DNA from: Bipalium vagum
Lineage: Eukaryota
NCBI GenBank assembly: GCA_037834085.1
Contig: JBBMKC010162369.1
Span: 1 to 37,107 of the forward strand
Length of the DNA stretch: 37,107 nucleotides
Direction of reading: 5' to 3'
Position numbers and translations under genes: made by a program
Notes under the pieces: generated by a model
What the model saw: the letters and a program-made list of their open reading frames with translations, nothing else
What the model was told of the DNA's origin: nothing
The model's database searches: none
Shown: positions 1-10,021 of the stretch, piece after piece
Position numbering within the stretch: position 1 is the first letter of the stretch
How the letters are laid out: every line of letters starts with the position of its first letter

Positions 1-60
1 TCATTGTATATTTTAATATCGATTCAAATAAAAGTATTAAATCAAAATTCGTTTTCTCAG

Positions 61-1230
61 TGAATTTTAATTAAAAAACGAACACGCACAAAAGCAACCT
101 TCAACCGTTGAGACCTAAGTCATTACACGCTCCGACTTTTGACAACCCTTTTTATCCATCAACTTAGGATCTTAACAATACCAAGAAGGATCCAAGAGGT
201 ACTAATTATGTTTATCTTAATTGTTCATGAAGTTGACTGTTTTGTTGGGTTGGCCAAAAGCACAAAACCCCTTGATAATAATAATAGCAAAAGACTCGGT
301 TTTATTAATAGGAGAATAATAATAGTAATAATAATAAAAATAAGTCATGGCGTCGAGACTATAGGTTACAATAATTTTTTTTGGTAAGTGAGCTCCGTCT
401 AATTAATTTCTTTTTCTTGGCGTAGAGATAAAGTTAGAAATAATGGGCTATTGGTGGAAATAGCATTCTCGAAGTGTAGGGATTGGTGATCGTACCCCAA
501 TCTCTACGACTATATAGAAAGACGGCGATTCCAAGAAATTTGCTCAAAAACGAATTTCAGAAGAAAATTTTCAGAATAAATTTTTCAGAAGTACGATTTA
601 TAAGATTTGACGCGATTTTCCAGATGATCCGAGGACAATTCAAGGATTTCCGTATTTATTTTTTTGTGGATATGGTACCGCAACAGGATTTACCAAGGGA
701 CCCATAGAGTTTGAAAATCACTAGGTGACCTACACAGGACTTAGAGAACTATCTGGTGTCCCCTTCTCGCTCCTGGTGAGATCGTTTTATTTTGTTAACT
801 CTCAAACTCTTTCTCTTTGTGATTATTCTTTTCGTCCTTTTCTTTAAAACTATTTATTAAATTATTATTATTATTATTATTATTATTATTTTTTTTTTTT
901 TATTTTTTTATTATTATTATTCATTTTTTGTGTTCATTATTACTTTAACCATTGACTCAATTTTTATTGTTTTGTTCATTATTTGAAATTGAAGCCATTT
1001 TATTTTGAATGATTATTAGACAAATGTTTGGGTGATTTACGAATATTGGAGTGATGTTGTCATTACGAGAAGAGTGTTGGACTGTTGTGGTATTTTAAAT
1101 AAAGTTTTATTGTGAGTGTTTTGATTCAGTTTTTAGGAGCGGATAAAGTATTATTGTTAGGGATTTTGATTCACATAGAGAGAATGTAACGTTTTATTGT
1201 ATAGTTTTGATTTACTTTGTAATAAGATAA
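61..1230 (+). ncRNA. Putative spliced non-coding transcript or long multi-exon 5' leader (exons ?..383, 624..775, 1020..1111)
   Basis: Strong donors G|GTAAGT (384), CTG|GTGAGA (776) and TT|GTGAGT (1112). Acceptors TTTTCCAG (623) and TTATTAG (1019). GC-richer exon-like blocks are separated by a T/(ATT)n-rich intron-like block. No long recognisable ORF. Confidence 0.35.
861..920 (+). repeat. (ATT)n microsatellite and poly-T tract
   Basis: Direct tandem ATT repeats followed by a T run. Confidence 0.9.
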
Positions 1231-2018
1231 TAAAATTACGATGACAACATCATTTAGTGAGAAGTTACTGATAGACGAGCGAAAGTTACTTTAATAGGGT
1301 ATAATAGTAACAGTTTCTTAAATTGTGATTTGTCATTTGAAATGTAAATATGAGATGTTTTACTGATGTTTTACTCTTGTATTGAAAAAAACTTCAAAAT
1401 TGATGTTTTTGAAAAAATCTGATTTTCTACAGTTACTAATATAATACTTTCGAAATTTTTGATTTGATATGTAATTCAATATATTCTCCCATTTATTTAA
1501 ATAAAGACTCATATCCATCATTTTTATGGAAATTATAGGGGTGGCCAAAACATAAGGACGACATTGCACTTCTGTTATTACTCGTGTGCAATTTGATAGT
1601 AAATTATTTATTAATTATTTATTAAAATATTTTCATTTCCGAAGTATTTTGCACTTATTTCAAAATTTTATTTTAATGTTCTTTCGCCAAACAATAGATA
1701 AAAATATTGAATTTTCCTATAATTTATTTTTTATAAAAAATTTCAATAAAATATTTCTAATATATTTATCATTTTAAAATATTATCTAAAAATATTCTTA
1801 CATTTGCATCTTGAGTTTTTACAATTACAACATAGTCATAATTCAGCACTTTTTAAATTGATAAATAATATATAAATCACCAAAGCACTAATTAAAAAAG
1901 TTCGTGTTATTAAGTTATTTGATAAAACTATTTTTATTATTTAAGACAATTTTTTCGAATGTTTAATACATTCTTTATTAAAACTTTATTTGTTTAAATA
2001 TAGCAAATTTACAAGTGG

Positions 2019-4645
2019 ATGGTATTTTCTATATTTGCTTTTGTTTAAATTTAAATTAAAATTAATAATTTTATTTAAATATTTTAATTTTATCGTTAAT
2101 TCATTTTTAGGAACAATTTAGGCAGTCTGAAAAATTTAAGAAATCAAATGTTTTAGATAGAACATCGAAGCGTAAAAATAATGTTGAGCCATTAAATTCA
2201 TTTGATAAATCTGCTTTATCATTTAACAATGTTAATGATTCAATAAGAATTTCAAAAAAAATTGAAGATTTGTTGTATAAGCACAGAAAAATTACCAAAT
2301 TATATGGTCTGACTTAACTATTATTTTTATTTCAATAAACTATTTCAGATTGGCAATTGAAGTGTTTGCAGATACCCGGCGTTGGAAAAACACGTAATCT
2401 TGTCTATTCTTTACCAACAAGTGGTGGAAAAACACTTGTTGCAGAGATATTAATGTTGCGCCAGTTAGCAATGAAAAGAAAATCTGTGATATTTATTTTA
2501 CCATTTATTTCTCTTGTTCAAGAAAAAGTTGATTTTTATTTGTAAAACCTTTTCGTAATTTTCTCAGGTTAAAGAACTTGCTCCTTTTGGGTTAGATTTA
2601 AATTTTCTCGTTGAGGAGTATGCCAGCAACAAAGGTAAATATCCTCCGACGATTCACAGAAATTGTCCCTCTGTTTACTTCGCCACCATAGAGAAGGCAC
2701 ATTCGTTAATCAATAGTTTTATTGAAATACAAAAGACCGACAGAATTGGTCTATTAGTTGTGGATGAGGTAATTTTCAATAGTAAATTTTCTACTTACTG
2801 ACAAAAAAAGCTTCACATGATCGGTGATGGATCAAAACGCGGAGCCAATTTGGAATTGACGTTACTAAAATTTAAGAATGCTTTCAGTAACAATAATTCT
2901 TATGTATATTATTCAGAACTTAATTATCATTTTTTAAGGTCACGCTCCCATTATTGGAATGAGCGCCACTTTAGACAATATGAATGAAATGTGCCAGTTT
3001 CTTAACGCTGAGTTATTCATCAGTGACTTCCGCCCTGTCGAATTGACAGAGTACGTCAAGGTTGACAAATTTATTTTTAAAATCGATAAAACCATTAAGC
3101 CAGTAAAACTGGCTGATAAATTTGTACACAACAGAACTATGGAACACAAAGTAAGAAACATTTTAGAATTTTTTTGTAATTTAAAAATCTCATTTCTCGA
3201 TTATACTTTGTTTTATTTTAAAAATAATCAATATTAATATTTTTTGTTCTCTTTCTGTTTCTTGAAATGAAATTGGATAATATAGTACCCAATAAGACGT
3301 TATTTGTCATTTAATTGGTTCCTAAATTGGTTTTGTTAATTAAGACGATTAGTAAATTTGTTTTATACTAATGAAAAATCAATTATTATTATTATTAATT
3401 AATATCAATTAATTTTATCTTGCTCGTCAATTTCTTATATATATGTATATGAATATGTATATAGGGAGATAAGCTTATACAGAGTAGAGATCCGGATAAC
3501 GTTATCGGTTTGGTTTCTGAAATCTTGCCCGACAAGTCTTGCCTCATTTTTTGTCCAACTAAGAAACAATGTGAAAGTCTAACCAATAACATAATAACTT
3601 TAGCTGACAAAAAACTACTTTCACCACCAAGCAAAGTCAAACAAAGAGAACAACTTTTGGAATTACTCGAAGTTGAGTGTATTTCGGTTTGTCCGATTTT
3701 GAAGAGGAGTATCAGTTTTGGAGTGGCGTATCATCATAGTGGATTGACACAGGAAGAGAGAAAGATTGTAGAAGATGGCTTCCACGATGGAAGTATTTCG
3801 GTTATTTGTTGCACGAGTACTCTTGCTGCTGGAGTCAATGTGCCTGCTCGAAGGTGAGTTTCTGTGTAAAACTGAGTAAAATGAATCAAAATTCACTTTT
3901 AAAATGTTTTAATAGCTCCGTTGACAATCTGTCATTTATTGATATCTACTTATATTTTTTACCAATTTATTGAAATCTGTCTTAATTATTGATCTGTCAG
4001 ACTAACAAAAACCCTTATAAACTCAATTATTAAAGACAAAAATCCATTGCAAATATATAAAAAAATCGATTTACACATTATAATTCATAAAATTTCTATT
4101 CCAGAGTCATAATTCGATCTCCTTTTGTCGCTCAGAATTTCTTGACATTCAGTCAGTATAAGCAAATGACAGGTCGAGCAGGTCGAGCGGGTTTTGACAC
4201 AGAAGGGGAAAGTGTTGTTATACTTAATGAAAAAGATAAAGACAAAGTAAGCTGCCATTGTCAAATCTTTCGAATTTAAACAGAAATTCGTTCCCAGTTT
4301 GGTCAATTATTATTGGAATCGTCATCCAAGTGTCAAAGCAGTTTGTTGGCCGAAAACAGTAAAATGGTGAAATATTTTCTATTATCCGCAATAACTTTAC
4401 AAGTGTGTAAAAATTATTATTATTGATTTTATTAAATATTCACTTTCATCCAGATCCTCACTGTTGATGAATTGGACAAAATCCTTGACGGATCACTTTA
4501 TGATATTCAAAATCCCAGCTTAATTAGAAATTTTTTAAGAAATGATCTCAAATATTTGTTGGAGCATAACATGGTTCGGCAAATTAAAGACGAACAAACG
4601 GGGAAATTTGAAATAAAGGTAGACTTGATATTATCAATTTAATTA

Positions 4646-4709
<64 letters not shown>

Positions 4710-5768
4710 CAATTTTTCAATAAAAGCCCACAGAGCTCGGCAGAGCCGTTGTAAAAGGAAATATAGACGTGACGAGAGCAGAAGAGATTTACAAAGAATT
4801 GAAAAACGCTGAAAAATGTCTCAATATATCGACATATTTGCACATGATTTATCTTGTAACCCCCCGTGACACTGCAGAACTATTCACACCGGATTGGAAT
4901 ATTTATTCACGAAGAATGGGAGAATTGACACCGGAAGAAATGAATTTCGTGAAGATTCTCGGTTTTAATGAAGACTACATCACAAGAATGTCGTGGGGTT
5001 GTTATGGTAACAAGGTAATAGTGGCGGTTTTTAACGTTGGGTTAATCTTATTAATTCGAAAATTTATTCTCCAGAAAGTGGATGATTACCCGATCAAACG
5101 TTTTTACACGTCACTCATCATTTACGATCTTTGGAACCAGAATCCCGTTTATAAAGTTGCAGATGAGTACAATCAGCCACGAGGACAGATTCAGACGCTG
5201 CTCCAATCGGCAGTGTCGTTTTCGGCGTGTGTTTCTAACTTCGTTGAAGAGTTTCGAGCCGATTTGTGGGGCTTCAGGGAGCTTTTTCCGAAATTCACCG
5301 TTCGTCTTTCGTTTTGCGTTTCACCGGAATTAATTCCTCTGATGGAAGTTCAAGGTGTCAAGAAGGTGGTGAATTTTTTTTTTAAATAAAAACTATCCAA
5401 ATTCAGTGACAACTTTTGATTTTCTGATTGTTTTCTAGGGAAGAGCCAATGCACTTTTCAAATCTGGCGTGGACTCCGTTCTGAAGTTAGCCAATTCAGA
5501 TTCTCGATTAATATATTCGATATTGAAACCGATCTCCAGAAAAGTTGTCGGCGAGATAATAATATCGGCCAAAATGCTGATTCAGGAAAAGGTTGAATCT
5601 TTGACAGAAGAAGTCAAAGAATTGATAGTGTTAAACAATAAGGAAGATTTCAAAGAAAATTTTGAGCCAGTCCACAGCACTCCGAAAAAAAAACTGAAGC
5701 TTTCGAATCCGGAGCGCGAAAGTGACTTGTTTGAAGAATGTACCATTTTTCTTTCAGATTCATTTTAA
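2019..5768 (+). CDS. HELQ: Helicase POLQ-like (HELQ/HEL308/mus301), SF2 Ski2-like 3'-5' DNA helicase, 13 exons, ~858 aa
   Basis: Manual model join(2019..2021,2111..2306,2349..2527,2568..2768,2811..2886,2939..3150,3465..3853,4105..4246,4298..4402,4454..4618,4727..5014,5075..5365,5439..5768) = 2577 nt. All introns are GT-AG, phases are consistent and there are no internal stops. Motifs: KLYDWQ (Q motif), SLPTSGGKT (Walker A), VVDELHMIG (Walker B), [47 protein letters not shown], and C-terminal [16 protein letters not shown] (HhH). There is no polymerase domain, so this is HELQ rather than POLQ. The start exon is the least certain part. Confidence 0.93.
4648..4706 (+). repeat. (ATT)n microsatellite in a HELQ intron
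   Basis: About 19 perfect TTA units inside intron 4619-4726. Confidence 0.95.
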
Positions 5769-5769
5769 T

Positions 5770-5775
5770 AATAAA
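5770..5775 (+). promoter_or_regulatory. Candidate polyadenylation signal of HELQ
   Basis: AATAAA begins 2 nt after the TAA stop (5766-5768) and is followed by T-rich sequence. Confidence 0.5.
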
Positions 5776-5849
5776 TTTTTGCGATTTTTATTTATTGACT
5801 GAAATAGACTTTTTTTATTAAAAATTAATGCCGAAAAGATTTGGATCAC

Positions 5850-6180
5850 CTTAATCTGTATAATGGCCGCTGTTGATTTTAGATATTTTGTAAGAGATCC
5901 ATTTCTTATTGTTCACGAGAAAGACTTTCAACTATGAATGGATTTTTGAATAGATTTTGAAAGCATCTTGTGATAAGACCAACTTTGTTTATAACTCAAT
6001 TCGTGAGGTATTTACTGTCTTTTAAATCTTCCAACTCAAGATACATGATATTTCATGTTTTTCAGAAATTTTCTTTTTTGAGATGAATTAATATTATGCA
6101 ATATTTAAAGAACATGGTATTTGAAAGAATCCTGTTTAAAAGGATAAGTCGTTTTAGTGGAGGGCTTTCATTTTAAATTA
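5850..6180 (-). mobile_element. Decayed mariner transposase fragment
   Basis: The minus strand reads Q*IPHELSYKQ (WVPHEL motif) and, downstream, LVNNKKWISYK (a decayed TGDEKWIxY). Many stops and frameshifts. Confidence 0.55.
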
Positions 6181-6399
6181 TGAAATTTTTAACTTAATTA
6201 ACGATTATTTAAGCTGTTCAATTTTAAAAATTATTGTTCATTGTTTTTTTTTAGAGAAATGCCCAAAACCATATCCTATCAAAAAGGAAAGACAGGTATT
6301 GAGTATTACATTTACTGGAAAACTCAAATAAAGGAAAGAATATTGACTTGAGCAAATTTTGAATATTATTGTTGTATTCCGAGTTGAATAGCCATTTTG

Positions 6400-8620
6400 G
6401 ATGCAGCAATGACTTTTTGTACCAGTAAAAGTAAATTATGAAAATTGTGAAGTAGCATTAGTCACAGATAAACTATAAATAACTACTGGATTGACAATAA
6501 ATAGAGAGAAAGATGTCAGAATCAGGCAAACTGTTGACGATGGGCAATCGGTTTTATCAATTTGAGAATGTACTACCACATACAATAACAGACAAGGAAC
6601 AAAGGTTAATTGGGTAGTAACATGCTCAAGTTACTAAGTAAAGAGTTTAAAGATATTGTTGATGCAGTCAGTCACAATTATTTTGCAATCCAAAACACAC
6701 TGCTTGTAATACTGGAGATTAATTATTTGTTTAAAAAATACCAAGTACAATGTGCAATAGTGAGTTTCTCAAGAAAGTGGTTTTTACCCAAGTAGAAGAT
6801 GTGAAAGAAAGAGAGGAAGTAATAACGATAAGCAAGGCAAGTAAATCACCGCAAAAGCAAATAATGGATAAGCAGAAGTGAACCAGCAAACGTATCAAGT
6901 TAAGAAAAATGTCCATATTCGCAAGACAATAATCAGTGTGTAGTCGGACTGGAAGGGTATCATTTATTTTGAAATGGTACCACATAATCGCACAATCAAC
7001 ATGCTACTATACGTAGACCAAATTTCATCGCTTTAACTAAGTTATTCAAGAGATCGCCAAGAGCCAATAATTTTGCAGCTCGAAAACGTCTGAACACACA
7101 CCACAGGTCACAAAGACGGCCATCCAGGAACTCGGTTAGAGGTTTTTGGAGTCCGGACCTGGCTTCGTCAGATTTCCATTTTTTTCTTTCGCTTTCTAAC
7201 CAAATGCAAGACTTAACATATAACATAGATGAGGATCTAAAGTATTGGCTTAAGAATTTCTTTGATTCTAAACCAGTGCAATTTTGGTAAAACTGGATCA
7301 ATAAATTGGAACAACTATAAGAAAAAGTTGTAAATAATAGTGAACAATACGTAAGTGGGTGAATTTTTTGTTTGTCATGAAATAAATGTAATTTTGCTTA
7401 AATATTATTGACTGATAAATAATTAAAGAATGAACGAATCTATGCTTCAACCTAATAAATAAATATATAACATTGAGACTCAGATTTATTAGTTAGGAAA
7501 GTTAACAAGAAAATAAATTTCTTTTTATTTTATTATTACCCAGATTATATCAACAATGGCGAAGATTGTTACTTACAAATATTTAAATTAAGTGATGAAA
7601 TCAGGTGAGTAAAGGGAAACAGACTGAAGGAAGCGGAAATAGGTCAGGCAAGGGATACCGAAACCTGGGATGACTCAAATTACGAGCAACTCTGAAATTC
7701 TAGTAATATATGAATATTTTACGAAATCACCAGAAGCCTATTCTATGAAAATTCAAAAAGCAGAAACAGTAACCAAAATTTTTGTTGAAGAAGTAGCGTT
7801 CAAGTATGAAGCACCTCGACTTTAGGATCAGTTGAGAAAGATAATATAATTTACATTGATCGATCTCAGATCATTGACAAGGAAAAATATGTTACAGCAG
7901 AATTAATGATCACTGATAACAGTTATCTCGAAATATCCATACCAGGACCAATAATCTCAGAGGTATTTATTATTTGAGGTAATTTACTGGTCGACATATT
8001 AAGGAAATAAGAAGACTGGAAAGAAATGGTAAAAGACAATTCCAAATAACCAGTTATTTCATTAAAGATATGGAAAAGAAAGAGGCATTCGAGAATATAA
8101 CGAATGAATGAACAAATGAACAAGATCAAAACACTAATAAAAACGTTCGATTTACTAACAGAAAATTATCCATGGTGGTAGCCATTATAACACTATCCAA
8201 CGATCTAATCCACAAACTAATAATCACTCCAAGAGATTTCATTTCTAATTATAGATCAGAGCAGGGATAAGCTAATTACAAAGTTTTAAGTCAATTAGAT
8301 GTGTGCATAACAAACTTTTTTCTAAAACCACTTAATGGGGAAGATAGTAGTTGCGTATGACGTACCCAAGATTCTGGATAATCTCATAATTCACATGGAT
8401 TCGGGAAACTCGTAATCTGGCAACAACCCCTTTCCCAGGGATTGATAAACATTATTCCTCAAAATAATGAAACATTTCTCTTTGCAATAGTAGCTAAAGA
8501 ATATAGTATATACTTCATAGCAGTGCAATACCTTAGATTCATACTAATAGTTGAGACTTACATCAATAAAAGAATTTGGTTATATGGTACAACCAAATGG
8601 CAAAAAGGAATAAGAAAATG
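6400..8620 (+). mobile_element. Heavily decayed Gypsy/Metaviridae LTR-retrotransposon internal region; integrase core is clear at ~7691-7830
   Basis: 7691-7830 translates SEILVIYEYFTKSPEAYSMKIQKAETVTKIFVEEVAFKYEAPRL*DQ, matching the rve integrase consensus (YILVxxDYFTKWPEAxPxxxxxAETVAxxFVExxxxRYGxP). The flanks are A-rich and coding-like, with only weak RT/protease resemblance. Boundaries are approximate. Confidence 0.65.
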
Positions 8621-9077
8621 ATTAAGAATAGAAGCTTAGCCAAGAAGTAGAAAAAATTAAAGGAGTTCCAGCAAAATCAATTATTCAATAAAAAATATCT
8701 AAAAATTGTCAAAATTTAGGGATTATTTAAAACCTTTATCATAAAGAAAATCAAAATAAAGAGGAACACGATGAAGAAAACAAAAACAAACTTGATCAAC
8801 AACCTTTTAAAGAATATTCATTGTCAATTTTTTTGTATTCTAAATATTTGTAAAATTTAATCACTAAAGAATAAATAAGGAAATCAAGATTTTGATCGAA
8901 ACATTTTAAAACCTAAAATTAAAAAAACCAACGAATCAACTATTAATACAATAAAATTTTTTTTGTGACTAACTTCAATTCAGAAATATTATGGTTTTAA
9001 GTTAGAGTAATTTGTTAAAATATATTTGATCTATTAATTTCGACCTTGACTTAATTTAATTATTTCTTTGTTTCGAG

Positions 9078-9127
9078 GTAAGTGTTGTAATTATACATTT
9101 TTCTTTATAATTAAAACTTTTTTCTAG
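9078..9127 (+). other. 5' UTR intron of the LGL gene
   Basis: GAG|GTAAGT donor at 9078 and pyrimidine-rich TTTCTAG acceptor at 9127, 3 nt upstream of the ATG at 9131. Confidence 0.65.
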
Positions 9128-9130
9128 TTA

Positions 9131-9944
9131 ATGGCTTCAAAATTGTTTGCTCCGTTTAAGAAACTCCCTCAACAATTACCATTGTTCAAGAAATCAAAAT
9201 TCAAAAATGTTTTCATGTCTAATTATGTAATTTCGCTGTTGACGATAACGGTTTTATGATCTATTTTCCTTTAGAATTCCATATATGGCATGTTAGACAA
9301 TGTTACATGTGTTGCTTTTGACAATGAGCTTAATTTACTGGCATTGGGTACCAAGAAAGGAGAGATTAAAATGTTAATAGAGAACTTCATTTGTAAAAAA
9401 TTTTATATATTCTATTTACAGCTTTGGATCTTCTGGTTTGGTGAATACTTTATTTGACACGAAAAACCCAATTTATTTCATTAAATTCCTTAACAATCAA
9501 GTATTTTCATAATAATTTCCGGAAAAAATAAACGAAAAGTTTTTGTTTGTAGGGAAGAATCGCGATAGTTTATAATAAGAATGAGATAATTAATTTTGAA
9601 TATAAGACTGATATATCATTGTGGTTGGTGTCTTCGGCTCTCTATCCAGATGCAGCACCGTAAGGGAAATGATATGAATTTTCTCAATGACATCAGTTTC
9701 AGGGATCCTAACAAAGTTGTGGCAGTCGATTACAGTCCAAGTTTACCTTGGAAAACGGATTCCGATGAATTTTTGCAGTTATCCGTCCACGGATACGAAA
9801 ACAATGTCATAAGGTTTTTTGCCTTAATTGGACCTGGTACTCATTTTTGTGATACTAGCGATCTGACAATTGAACCGAAATATTTTTTGAAGTACGAATT
9901 AACTTTATCTTTTTTCCAAAACATTTTATTTCTATGATTGTTAC

Positions 9945-10021
<77 letters not shown>

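Noticed and set aside
2019-5768. POLQ (polymerase theta) assignment
   Set aside because: The gene ends with a stop and poly(A) signal after the helicase/HhH region, and no family A polymerase exons follow.
6996-7301. 101-aa minus-strand ORF
   Set aside because: No recognisable domain. It lies within the decayed retroelement region and is probably a chance or antisense frame.
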